NCBI GenBank assembly: GCA_964016885.1
Contig: OZ024743.1
Span: 68,820,001-68,884,000, forward strand
From: Eledone cirrhosa
Lineage: Eukaryota
Length of the DNA: 64,000 bases
Direction: 5' to 3'
A model generated the notes under the pieces. The model was given only the letters and a program-made list of their open reading frames with translations, ran no database searches and was not told the origin of the DNA. This document shows, piece by piece, positions 26,570 through 39,399 of this stretch (position 1 is the first letter of the stretch; every line of letters begins with the position of its first letter). The position numbers and the translations under genes were made by a program.

Positions 26570-28243
26570 TAGCAATTTCTTAGATATGCCAGCTCTGGGA
26601 TTTTGGTGTCGAAGGTTTTAGAGCCTTGGGACATATGAGCGTGTTAGGGATAATTTAATGTTGTCAGCAGGAATAATCTTAATTCTCATTGGTCAAAGAG
26701 GCAGGTGGTGTTGTGAAGTTCAAACCGTCCGGCAAAATGGCAATAGTTCCACATGACTGATTTTCACAAAAAGCATTGAGGAATTTAAGTTGGGTGGTAA
26801 AACTGAAAATTATAGTTAGAGTCAAATACTTGAAAAGTTTACATATAAAAGGACCTATGTTGGTTGACTTGTGCATACACTCACACCCACCCCCACAGAC
26901 ACACACACACACATCTACTCACGCAAATCCATGCAGATGTGTATATATATGTATGTACACAAAGGTGCGTATGTATATACAAACGAGGCCCTCATATTCA
27001 AGTATATGGCAGACTTAAAATGAGATGGGTGTTATTTTTAAAGAAAAGTAAACTGGGTGTTTGCAAAAAAGAAAAATTAAAAAGGAAAAATTATTGTCCC
27101 GTAGCTCCTCACATACTGGGCAAGCTCTAATGAACTAGCGAGATACATGAAATTGGCAGCCCCCCCCCTCCTCTGTAGTGGTCCCTATACTCCGTACCAA
27201 TGACCAATGGGCAACAACACCCACCCATAGTTTGTGGTCCCCAAAGTGGATTGTCCACCACATCCTCTACTGGTTAGGAGTCAGCAAAACCACGTTTTTT
27301 TAACCCACACAACACGAGCGATTATCCTAAGGTACTAACCCTATACGCATGAATGCGTGCCCGCAATCGTGCGTTATGTGTGTATACCGGGATTAGGTGA
27401 ATGTGCGCACTTATGTGAACGCAATGAAATACTAATACCCCAGGTTGCATTTGAAAAATGTTCAAGTGTATGCTTAAGAGTATATTTGTGTATGCTCTCT
27501 TGTATGAATGCACTTGTATATATAGACATACACATGCATCCAGAGGTATACAAGTGTTGGTGGGTGCGTGTACCTGTATATGTCTGTACTAAGCGAATCA
27601 CCTAAGCTGCAAAGCCCCTAAGCTATTGCTGTGAAGATATATATCACACCCCACTTTTGTCTAGTCTAAACAATAATTTTTTACTTTTTTATTTTTCCTT
27701 TTTTTCAAACACCCAGTTTACTTTTCTTTAAAAATAACACCCACCTCATTTTATGTCTGCCATATACGTGATACGCATCTGTATGGATTTGTGTGTGTAG
27801 ATGTGTGTGTCTGTGTCGGTGGGGGTGAGTGTATGTACAAGTCAACCAACATATGTCCTTTTATATGAAAACCTTCTAAGTATTTGACTCTAACCGTTAT
27901 TTTCAGTTTTACCACCCCACTTATATTCCTCAATTTAAGAATGCCCTGTACTATCGAATTTCATACTATAAACCTCAATTGAATATATATCTGACCAGGA
28001 ATGCTTTTTGTGAAAATCAGTCATATGGAACTATTGTCATCTTGCCGGACGGTTTGAACTTTACGAAACCACCTGCCTCTTTGAGGTAAAATAACAATCC
28101 TACTAGCTTCTAAAAACTGACCAATGAGAATTAAGATTATTCCTGCCGACAACATTAAATAATCCCTAACAAGCTCATATGTCCCATGGCTCTAAAACCA
28201 TCAACACCAAAAACCCAGAGCTGTCATATCTAAGAACTCTCTA

Positions 28244-28299
28244 ACTGCCTGATGAGGTCATAGCCATACAATGGCTATCATCGAAATATATATAGCGGT
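28244..28299 (+). ncRNA. type I hammerhead ribozyme
   Basis: actgc-CTGATGA-ggtcatagccatacaatggctatcatc-GAAA-tatata-TA-gcggt, then AATAAA. Confidence 0.8.
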
Positions 28300-28430
28300 A
28301 AATAAAGGATTATGAGATCATACAATTTACTTATGTTTCGACACTATTATAACTCCGGAATCTATATCTTCGGTGAGTGATCCCTATCCGCATAGGAAGT
28401 ACTGGATTTTACCAACACTTTTTTGTTTAT

Positions 28431-28464
<34 letters not shown>

Positions 28465-28477
28465 GCACATATATATG

Positions 28478-28544
<67 letters not shown>

Positions 28545-28757
28545 AAAGTTATATTTAAATTGTTGGGTTACAACTAGTAAATATTTATAACTGATATAAA
28601 AGCACTCGACAAGTATTTGGAGTATATTTACGATATTAAATAAATGGAAACTATATTTATAAAACCATATTTATTTCACTGCCAATTCAACTTTTCAAAT
28701 ACAAGTCGATGTTGTACGGTATGTCAAATCTATTTATCTATAAAACTGTTTATATTG

Positions 28758-28823
28758 TATTTTGTCTGAGGAAGGCATAGCATATTGTTAATATGATATC
28801 CCTGAAATATATATAATGAAATA
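28758..28823 (+). ncRNA. type I hammerhead ribozyme
   Basis: tattttgt-CTGAGGA-agg..catatt/aatatg..cct-GAAA-tatata-TA-atgaaata. Confidence 0.7.
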
Positions 28824-28863
28824 AATATGGTTTTATAAATATAGTTTCCATTTATTTAATATC

Positions 28864-28950
<87 letters not shown>

Positions 28951-28953
<3 letters not shown>

Positions 28954-29068
28954 ATCTGGCTGATTCTACTTCTGTGAGTTCTTTCAGACACGGGTGATAA
29001 AATTTGCTTGCTCCAGACGAAACACCCGTGTCTGAAAGAACCCGCAAGAGTAGTATCAGCCAGATCCA
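28951..29068. repeat. inverted repeat overlapping a decayed long-stem-II hammerhead (about 29027-29117, +)
   Basis: tggatctggctga..cagacacgggtg / cacccgtgtctg..tcagccagatcca; cgtgt-CTGAAAGA...GACA-caattg-TA-gcacg. Confidence 0.7.
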
Positions 29069-29360
29069 TACAAGGACCATGTCTCGAGCTACCTGCCGGC
29101 GACACAATTGTAGCACGCAATAAATTAAGTCCAGATGCATCACTGATTTTTCGTTTTCTTTATACTATCTACACTCTACTCTACTCTGAATATCGAGTGC
29201 TAATTTTGGCATACCGCCTATGGAAACACCATATCTATCATTATACACAACTATATATATATATATATGTGTGTAGAAGTACTATTTAAATTGTTGTGAT
29301 ACAACAAGCAAATATTTTTATAACTGATATAAAGCACTCAACAATTTATTGGAGTAAAAA

Positions 29361-29583
29361 TATGATATATTAACAAATGGAAACTATATTTATAAAACCA
29401 TATTTATTCCATTATACATATTTCAAGGACACCAAGTTAAATTATGGTGTGCTTTTATCAGATAAAATATATTATATTTTATCTGATGAAAGCACACCAT
29501 AATTTAACTTGGTGTCCTTGAAATATGTATAATGAAATAAATATGGTTTTATAAATATAGTTTCCATTTGTTAATATATCGTA
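29361..29583. repeat. near-perfect ~220-bp palindrome carrying back-to-back hammerheads
   Basis: Arms mirror around about 29472; the minus arm has a CTGATAA core. Confidence 0.9.
29475..29539 (+). ncRNA. type I hammerhead ribozyme
   Basis: tattttat-CTGATGA-aagcacacca..tggtgtcctt-GAAA-tatgta-TA-atgaaata. Confidence 0.75.
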
Positions 29584-29620
29584 TATTTATATATATATAT
29601 TTAATAAATAAATAAATATA

Positions 29621-29729
<109 letters not shown>

Positions 29730-29750
29730 ATATATATATGTATGTATACG

Positions 29751-29788
<38 letters not shown>

Positions 29789-30255
29789 CATATGCATATA
29801 CATATATATGCCTATATATATATACATTACTATACACACACTCACACACACACATATATATATATATTTCCATATTTATATACATTTACCTGACATACAT
29901 ATATATGTGTGTACTTGTGTGTGTGTGTGTAACTGTGTGTGTGTGTATGTGTGCTTCATTGTGCTCGAACATATAAAGATATAACACACTGACACATACT
30001 TACATACAAGAATGCATAACATATACAAGTACTTCTAGACACATCCATGTAGAAATATATTAAAAGAACAAAACAACAACAGCAGAAACTACAAATAATA
30101 CAAATTTCTCAGAAAATGTCAACCAATTTCAACCACTCTTATAATATTTCTTTCACAACAAGTATTTTTCTTTTTTTTGTAATAACTTATTATGCACATT
30201 TCATTTTCTAACAATTGGTTAGGAAATATACATATATATGCAAACAGAAAAAAAT

Positions 30256-30289
<34 letters not shown>

Positions 30290-30329
30290 TATAGATAGGT
30301 AAATATACACGGGTGTGTATGATTGTGTA

Positions 30330-31574
30330 TAAAAGATTATATTAATAAGAGGAATTCCAACTTTGTCTGATTTACTCGTTTTATTTACAATCCTTTAAAA
30401 TATATATAATATGGTATTATAATGAAATAGTATGATAGAATATTAAATTCTAAGTGTTAATTGAACAAGTACTTTCATGCTTTCGCAATCTTCAGGTTCA
30501 TGATATGTGGTGACAGTCGAGTTTGCAATTTTCAACTGTAATGAGATGGGTAAATTTACTACCTTTTATACATTTTATACAGAGAAAAGTGGCTCCAGAA
30601 TGCAAAGCCCTGTAAACTGTATTTCGACCAATCAGTGTGTAGTTTCACTGAATTACTACAGCTGATTGGTTTAAACGTCACGGCTGGTTGAGCATGCTAA
30701 CGACCAATAGTCATACCCAACGTATCAATTGTTTTGCTTTTTGAAATGATGAAAATAGCATTTTCTATTAATAATCACCATCAACATCACTTTTATTATT
30801 ATTATTATTGTTGTTGTTGTTAGTGGTCGTGGTCATAGTGGTAGTAGAAGTAATACCCCTAGGCGTTATTATTGTTCATTTAGCTTGGGTTTGAATTTAT
30901 CAATAAAATTCTTTTCTTTGATTTTTCTCTTGATTTCACTTGGGTTGTGTAATTTGAAGAATGGGAATATTATAAATATTCCCTGACCACATGTTGCCAG
31001 GTGGCCGCTTAGGGGTATCTGACGGACATTTGGGTCTCTGATTTGTTGACGGTGTACCCGTGCACGTTCCGATAGTGCATTTCCAGTTTGACCGACATAT
31101 AGTTCTTCACAATTCGGGCATTTAATGCAGTAAATTAGATTTCTGCTTTTGCAGTTCATATTTGCGTTTGGGAATATTTTTCCAGTTTTTGTTTTCATAT
31201 ATTGACCGGCGTGTATGGATTGACATGTGCCGCATCGATTATCATTGCATTTAGATACAGTGAATGATTGGTCTTTGTTGTTAAGGTCAAACTTTGCTTT
31301 TGTTAGCAATTGCTTCAAATTTTTTGGCTGTCTTTTACTAAGAGTCAAAGATCGATCTGTGATTAAGCCTTTTAATTCATTACTTTGAGCAATGATCGGT
31401 AGGTTTGCTTTGGCAGTGTTGAATATATTCATGTGACATGGGTTGTGTGTCATTATAAATGGTATGACCAGTTCTTGGTTTCTTCTTCCTTGGGTTGTTC
31501 TAAGTTGTTGTATAGGTATTTTTATAGCCCGCTGTATGCCATTTTCTATAAGTAGAGATGGGTATTTTTGTTTG
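30330..31574 (-). mobile_element. 5'-truncated Penelope-like element (Neptune-like) with GIY-YIG endonuclease
   Basis: KRQPKNLKQLLTKAK, CNDNRCGTC, NLIYCIKCPNCEELYVGQTG, E..FIDKFKPKLN; HHR in the 3' region. Confidence 0.88.
30462..30500 (-). ncRNA. minimal type I hammerhead ribozyme
   Basis: tgaac-CTGAAGA-ttgcgaaagcat-GAAA-gtac-TT-gttca. Confidence 0.8.
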
Positions 31575-31618
31575 CTCAAACAAAAATACCCATCTCTACT
31601 TATAGAAAATGGCATACA
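31533..31618. repeat. perfect hairpin (42-bp arms, 2-nt loop) at the PLE 5' truncation point
   Basis: tgtatgcc...tttg-ct-caaa...ggcataca. Confidence 0.92.
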
Positions 31619-31941
31619 AGAAACAGCAGTCAGAACATTCCGAAAAAACTCAACAAAATGTATGGAGTTCAGCATATAGCAATATTATCGCGGTTTAAAA
31701 AAAAAAAGACCGGGATAGTCACAAATAATTTTAAGCAATCTAGGAAAAATTCCGAGTATAAATATAAATGAAAATAGAGAAATTAATGTGAGCAACAAAC
31801 CAACAGTATTTAATAATATATAAGTGACTATAACGTCAAGATGGAAAATATTTAACTTAAGATATGGGAAAATAATTCAAACTGAATTAAAAAGAGGTCA
31901 AGACAGAAATTTGATCCACATATATATACATACACACACAC

Positions 31942-32091
<150 letters not shown>

Positions 32092-32108
32092 ATGTATATA
32101 TATATATA

Positions 32109-32815
<707 letters not shown>

Positions 32816-32817
32816 TG

Positions 32818-32858
<41 letters not shown>

Positions 32859-33395
32859 GCACATGTACACATATGCATACTGATACGAGCAGATATATAT
32901 ATATATATGCACATATCCATACACACACACACACACACACGCATATATATATATATATATACAAATATATACACACAGAAACATATACATATATATATAT
33001 GTGTGTGTGTGTGTGTGTTTGTCTGCGTATGTGTGTGTTTATTTACGTATATTCATTTAGCATTGAGCAATCACACAGAAACATACACACACACATACAT
33101 ATATGTTACTTTTTATCTTTCCAAATAGTAATATACTGTATTTCTCGTTATTGTGAAATACTTCTTCGATATCCTATATTTTTTTCTCTTCTGCAATTGT
33201 AATACAAAGCTGTTACAACATGCTCTGTCTTCTCAGCTCGTTTGTTTCATCATTCTCTCTAAATACATGTCATATGTTAAGTTATTGTCCTGTTTGTTGA
33301 AGTAGCCTTTCCTTGCAACCATCTTTCTCCAGCTTTGTCCTCGCCGCTATGCTGCGATTTGCCTAAAATATTGGTAGTCAGAAGCTAGGCCTAAC

Positions 33396-33427
<32 letters not shown>

Positions 33428-33519
33428 TTCGTTTCTGAATTGTTTAGCAATATTCTTTATCTGAAAACATGTGTGAAACCGATATTGTTATGCTTTGGGT
33501 TGGTCATGTTGCCAATAAG

Positions 33520-33607
<88 letters not shown>

Positions 33608-33760
33608 GTATATATATATATACATATATATACTTATATTAATATTCGAAAAACTCGGATTGCATATATTGTCATGCAGAGCGAAATTTGTTTTCTTATT
33701 TGAATGTGGCAAACCGGCCATTTATCGCTCCTATACAGGAAACTGACTGGCCAGTCTGCT

Positions 33761-33840
33761 GATATGCAAATTTGGCTAATCAGTGGATCTGCTAATATGC
33801 AGATCTGACTTATCAGCCAGCCTGCTAATATGCAAATCAG
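33761..33840 (+). promoter_or_regulatory. three 33-bp-spaced octamer (ATGCAAAT-like) motifs
   Basis: ATGCAAAT at 33764, ATGCAGAT at 33797, ATGCAAAT at 33830; function inferred only. Confidence 0.4.
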
Positions 33841-33913
33841 GCCGATCAGTCACTGTGTGTTTTTGAAAATAGCAGATATTTTCACTAGCTCTGACAGTTG
33901 GCATGTGAACAGT

Positions 33914-33963
33914 GAACTGTACTGATGAAGGGTGATACCCAGAAAGATTAATCCCTGCAGTTC
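33914..33963 (+). ncRNA. type I hammerhead motif with mutated cleavage triplet
   Basis: gaactgta-CTGATGA-agggtgataccca-GAAA-gattaatc-CC-tgcagttc. Confidence 0.7.
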
Positions 33964-34218
33964 TGTTTACATGCCAACACAAGGGCAAGAATGAAGGGTT
34001 CATTCTACTGACATGGAGTTAAAATTGAGGCTTGTTTGCATATTTGTTATTATTAATATTCGAAAAACTCAGATTACATTTATATGTATATAATTGGTGT
34101 GGGATGCTTGAAGCGTCCGTAAGCAGTAGGCTGTTTGAGCACTCGATGCTCTTACAGAGCAGAGTATGATATCACACAAGAAACGTAGAATCCGTGTTGC
34201 GACCAATACAATTTATTA

Positions 34219-34313
34219 GACATATTACAATCATTTCTCTGGTGACCAGCTCGAGGCACGATCGATGTAATGATCGAACCTGACTCTGAAATCGCAAGGT
34301 CCTCAGATACGTC
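34219..34313 (-). ncRNA. hammerhead with long stem II
   Basis: gacgtat-CTGAGGA-(~62 nt)-GAAA-tgattg-TA-atatgtc. Confidence 0.6.
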
Positions 34314-34346
34314 TTGATTCTACAAAACTCTGCTTCGTAGAATCGA

Positions 34347-34441
34347 GTCGTATCTGAGGAGCTTGCGATTTTAGAGTCAGGTTCGACCATAACATCGATC
34401 GTACGCCGAGCTGGTTGCCAGAGAAACGATTGTAATATGTC
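34347..34441 (+). ncRNA. hammerhead with long stem II
   Basis: gtcgtat-CTGAGGA-(~62 nt)-GAAA-cgattg-TA-atatgtc. Confidence 0.6.
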
Positions 34442-34509
34442 TAATAATTGTTAATCGTCGCAACACTGATTCCCCGTTTCATATGTGATATATATATATA
34501 TATATATAT

Positions 34510-34611
<102 letters not shown>

Positions 34612-35203
34612 CATACATATATATGCAAAGAATGATGCACAAAGTTGCTATGAAATAGCTTATAAAATACGGTGAATCGAAGGGGAAAAGAAGTTGCCAT
34701 CGGGCGCTATGAGGGTTTGAACTATATATCTCCCACATCCGGGCTATGTTGTAGCATCTATTCACTTCTGCACATCATTTTTTAAAAATTTAACTTCATA
34801 TCCTCAACGATTAAAAAGGCCGAGAGATCATTATGTATATATTCTATTAAGTTATTTTAATCAGTTTATTGTAGAACTGCTACGGTATTTCTGGTAGGCA
34901 ATGGTGATGCAACGTATTTTCAATGTACTCAACATTACGGATATCATCCGTCGTGGTTGGCGCAGTAAACGGAGTAACATACTTAAAACGGCGAGAGAAT
35001 GCCGTACTGGGAGATATGTTGTAAATCCTAATTCCGTGAAATAACTATACATATTTAAATGGTTCAGCTCCATCATACAGTTCTGATGCAAGACAGGCCA
35101 TTCTCATCAGATAATGTCTACAGATTTACAGAAACACTGTTACTAATTTTGTGGAATTAGAATTTACAACATATCTCCCAGTACGGTATTTCTGTTGTCG
35201 TTT

Positions 35204-35266
<63 letters not shown>

Positions 35267-35547
35267 TAAATCATGTCTTTAGAATTATTAGATAAAATAT
35301 ATACCGTTTCTTCTTCCAATTAGCATAATTAACCATATAAAAAATCAATTAGACCAAGCTATAAGAAGAAAGGCTCTTATGAAGAAATCTTCGACAAATA
35401 ACCGAAAGTGGCCTCTTCGCGGTGGCCCCAATATAGTATATTTATCCAACATTTCGACAGCATGTGGAAACTGACTAAATATATCATCAACCATACACAA
35501 TTAGGTGTAAAATTAAACTTAGAAGAAATGTGTACATACCGTAATTA

Positions 35548-35626
35548 TATCTCTACCATGGTTTCATCCGTATTTTTAGACATCCAATTAATAGGAATGT
35601 CCTGAGTTAGGATTCATCAGGAGACA
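35548..35626 (-). ncRNA. type I hammerhead ribozyme
   Basis: tgtctc-CTGATGA-atcc...ggat-GAAA-ccatgg-TA-gagata. Confidence 0.8.
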
Positions 35627-35825
35627 AACTCAAAATCAGACATCTAGTTTTTCAACCTGATCGCACCGAAATTAGATTTTAAAATGGCTAAGAATCGCTA
35701 TGTGGCTGTGGTCAAGCTAGAAAGAATGTGATTGGCTGCTTACGGCGGGTAGGCTTGTTGCTAGAAAGCGCAGCCAAATATCGCTAAATTTAATCTCAAC
35801 CTAACGGGAGATTATTAAATGTAAA

Positions 35826-36230
35826 ATTTTACATATACATAAAGTTATAGATATATATGTTGCAACCGGTCACTTTTAAGCTCCATGAAGAATTAATAAA
35901 TTAAATAATCAGAGCAATATATCATAAATCATGTCTTTAGAATTATTAGATAAAATATATACCATTTCTTCTTCCAATTAGCATAATTAACGGTTATTTG
36001 TCGAAGATTTCTTCATAAGTGCCTTTCTTCTTATAGCTTGGTCTAATTGATTTTTATATGGTTAATTATGCTAATTGGAAGAAGAAACGGTATATATTTT
36101 ATCTAATAATTCTAAAGACATGATTTATAATATATTGCTCTGATTGTTTAACTTATTAATTCTTCATAGAGCTTAAAAGTGACCGGTTGCAACATATATA
36201 TCTATAACTTTATGTATATGTAAAACTTTA
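35826..36230. repeat. inverted duplication with a third partial copy at 35264-35403
   Basis: Arms about 35826-35990 and 36062-36230 are reverse complements; the spacer is the reverse complement of part of 35264-35403. Confidence 0.85.
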
Positions 36231-36249
36231 TATTATATATATTTATATA

Positions 36250-36710
36250 TTTATTAAAATAACAGATTAAAGTTTAAGCAAAGAATCGGGAAAACTTAAC
36301 GGGATTTTCTGAAACTAACAAAGTCAATCTGTAAAGCAGAAGTGGATATTTCAAAAAACGTTGCCACCGGGGGAAGACAAGAAGACGATACTTTGGTTCG
36401 TGGAAACGTTCCCTGGCAAAGAACGGGAAAAAACGAATATAATACGTCATTAATAGGAGCGGTGAAAAACAATTACGCGCAAAGACAGAACCACAGTTAT
36501 GGTATTCTTAGGTGGTTCATAGAGACGTTCTCTGGCCAGGGAACGTTTCCACGAACCAAATTATCGTCTTCCTGTCTTCCTCCGGATGCAATTTTTTTTT
36601 AAATATCCATTCTGCGTTTACAGATTGACTTTGTTAGTTTCAGAAGATCCCGTTAAGGGTGAAAGCAGTGATTCTTTGCTTAAATTTTAATCTGTTATTT
36701 TAATAAATAT
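36250..36710. repeat. inverted duplication (arms ~175 bp) with decayed HHR at 36636-36686 (+)
   Basis: agttt-CAGAAGA-tcccgttaagggt-GAAA-gca..tgc-TT-aaatt; same family as 43759. Confidence 0.85.
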
Positions 36711-36839
36711 TTGCTCTACAGTTCTTATATATTTGATATATATTTATCCTTATCGAGCCCTCTTTGGATTTTAGTCTTCAAATTTATTATTATTACTATA
36801 TATATATATATATTGTTATACTTGGGGAGGGTCATATAT

Positions 36840-36945
36840 ATATAGGAACGAGTAAGACCCCGACGGCTGAGCTCAAGAGGTCTCGACGGCTAAGAGAATT
36901 AGCCGTCGAAACGGGTTGAGCCCAGCCGTCGGGGTCCTACTCGTT

Positions 36946-36983
<38 letters not shown>

Positions 36984-37072
36984 AACGAGTTGGACCCCGA
37001 CGGCTGGGATCAACCCGTTTCGACGGCTAATTCTCTTAGCCGTCGAAACCCGTCGGGGTCCTACTCGTTCCC
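36840..37072. repeat. two GC-rich nested hairpins flanking a (TA)n tract
   Basis: ggaacgagt..gaccccgacgg ... ccgtcggggtcctactcgttcc occurs twice, with inner gacggctaa/ttagccgtc. Confidence 0.85.
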
Positions 37073-38114
37073 ATTACCCACTCTACTACCCTAAGTATTG
37101 AGTACTTTGGTGCGTTTTTGTCCATCTGGTTCCTTACCACATTTCCTTCGTTATATATATGTATATATAGATATATATATATATATTCGGGTTTGAAGGT
37201 TCGCAGCTGGTCAATTCCGTATGGTCAATCTTAATTGTTTTTTGACCGCCATATAGTACCTTTAAATTGTAGACATAATCATAACTATTAGATGTATCAC
37301 GCCTCCCTCTACTTAAACAAATCCCCCTCCTGGTTAAATTAATAGTACTGGTTTGGTACAAGGATGGCCTAACGATGAGGGCTGACTTCCCACTGGCGCA
37401 CATGAAGCCTGTTATACATTCCTAGAGTGCTTGGAAAAATTGATTTCCATATCTTTCGCTAGGCGATCTCACTCGGAAGGGCTGACACGCGGTTAGGATG
37501 GGCCGACGGAGCTTAACATTTTTAAACTGTTTAATTTTTAATTTTCTAATTTTTTAATTTTATAATATTAATATTAAATAATAAATTTTTGTAACTTCAT
37601 CCTATAAATCTAAACAAAAATTTAACGTTCCAATCTTCTGCTCACACATTATAACATGCAGACCCCACTATATTTACCTCTGTTATAATATAAACCTCTG
37701 TCAAGATACGGGTCCTTTAGAATACATTTTTTTCGCATTCCTGGCCTGACTAGCTTGACATTAGTACGGACTTTTCTTCCTCTTTCTTTCTGTCTTTCTT
37801 CTTGTAGCTCGACATTAACGTTGACTTTTCTTCTTCTTCCTTTTCTTTCCCCCTCTTTCTGTCTTTTTTAGTGTAGCATGATATTAACGGTGACTTATCT
37901 TCCTCTCCCCTTCTGTTTTTCTTCTATTTGACCGGGAGGGTAGTAGCACACTATAAGCTTTACACCCCCTCACCAGATAGCCTCAAATAGACCGAATAGC
38001 CAGCACTTGCGGGCCACCGGCTAAAGTGAAAGATGCTAGATGGTCGGTCATCCTCAGGACTTTGATTTTCAGCCCCATGGATTTTATCTATTACATTCAT
38101 TTATTATATTTCGA

Positions 38115-38172
38115 ATACCTGATGATATCACCGGATTCATACGGAACCCGGTCACTGAAATGATCATAGTAT
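38115..38172 (+). ncRNA. type I hammerhead ribozyme
   Basis: atac-CTGATGA-..accggattc..gaacccggt..-GAAA-tgatca-TA-gtat, then AATAAA. Confidence 0.72.
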
Positions 38173-38514
38173 AATAAACCTTTCAAGGATTTACTCTAGT
38201 CCAGCCTCCTGACATTTTATTATAATATATATATAATATATATATAATATTATATATAAATATTATATATATTTAATATATAATATATTATAATATATAA
38301 TAAATATAAGTATGTACACGTACATACATATATGTATACAGACGTACAGTAGTATGTATATATATATACATACATGCACACATATATATATATGTACGTA
38401 TGGATTCACCGAACATTTATTATAAGGCTCGGTGTGTTTGTAAACAAACATCCCGTATTAAGCCGTAGTGTCTCGCAACCATCGTTGCTCGTTTGGTCAA
38501 CACTGACAAAGGAA

Positions 38515-38555
38515 CGATGTACTAGTTTCAAGCTTATTAGCTATCGTCAGCAACG
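38515..38555 (-). ncRNA. minimal type I hammerhead ribozyme
   Basis: cgttg-CTGACGA-tagctaataagctt-GAAA-ctag-TA-catcg. Confidence 0.8.
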
Positions 38556-38938
38556 TATACCTTCCTGCCAGATTGTTGAACGTATATACTTACCTTATGC
38601 ATATTAACGGCTGAGTAGCCCAATTTGCATATCGAGTGGGTTAATCGGCCGGGTGCACCGAAAACGATAAACGGTAAAAATGAAACGAAATTTCATTTCC
38701 CACTCTTAGTACGGCTGTTACTTAAATATAAGTATGTACACGTACATACATATATGTATACAGACGTACAGTAGTATGTATATATATACATGCATGCACA
38801 CATATATATATATATATGTACGTATGGATTCACCGAACATTTATTATAACGCTCGTTGTGTTTGTAAACAAACATCCCGTATTAAGCCGTAGTGTCTAGC
38901 AACCATCGGTGCTCGTTTGTTCAACTCTGACAAAGGAA

Positions 38939-38979
38939 CGCTGTACTAGTTTCAAGCTTATTAGCTATCGTCAGCAACG
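38939..38979 (-). ncRNA. minimal type I hammerhead ribozyme
   Basis: cgttg-CTGACGA-tagctaataagctt-GAAA-ctag-TA-cagcg. Confidence 0.85.
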
Positions 38980-39399
38980 TATACCTTCCTGCCAGATTGT
39001 TGAACGTATATACTTACCTTATGCATATTAACGGCTGAGTAGCCTAATTTGCATATCGAGTGGGTTAATCGGCCGGGTGCACCGAAGACGATAAACGGAA
39101 AAAATGAAATGAAATTTCATTTCCCACTCTTAGTACGGCTGTTACTTAAATATAAGTATGTACACGTACATACATATATGTATACAGACGCACAGTAGTA
39201 TGTATATATATATACATACATGCACACATATATATATGTACGTATGAATTCACCGAACATTTATTATAACGCTCGGTGTGTTTGTAAACAAACATCCCGT
39301 ATTAAGCCGTAGTGTCTAACAACCATCGTTGCTCGTTTGTTCAACACTGACAAAGGATAATATATAATATTGATATATTTATTATAATATATATATATT

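Larger units (their letters stand above)
26476..28345. mobile_element. non-coding PLE pLTR pair in inverted (tail-outward) orientation
   Basis: 26476-27097 is the reverse complement of about 27670-28345; same family as 39630-40820. Confidence 0.85.
33637..34080 (+). mobile_element. 414-bp HHR-containing unit with terminal direct repeat
   Basis: tattaatattcgaaaaactc at 33637 and 34051; internal octamer repeats and HHR. Confidence 0.7.
34213..34448. repeat. ~235-bp diverged palindrome of two back-to-back hammerheads
   Basis: Arms mirror around about 34330. Confidence 0.88.
38302..39357 (-). repeat. 2.5-copy tandem array of a ~423-bp HHR-containing unit (retrozyme-like)
   Basis: Unit starts at 38302, 38724 and 39148; no ORF; one HHR per full unit. 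Confidence 0.9.

Noticed and set aside
36135-36193. Possible hammerhead remnant ctgattg...gtgaccggtt
   Set aside because: Both core boxes deviate in both arms; too weak to call
38586-38595. ATACTTACCT matching the U1 snRNA 5' end
   Set aside because: No further U1 sequence follows; better read as a minus-strand splice donor
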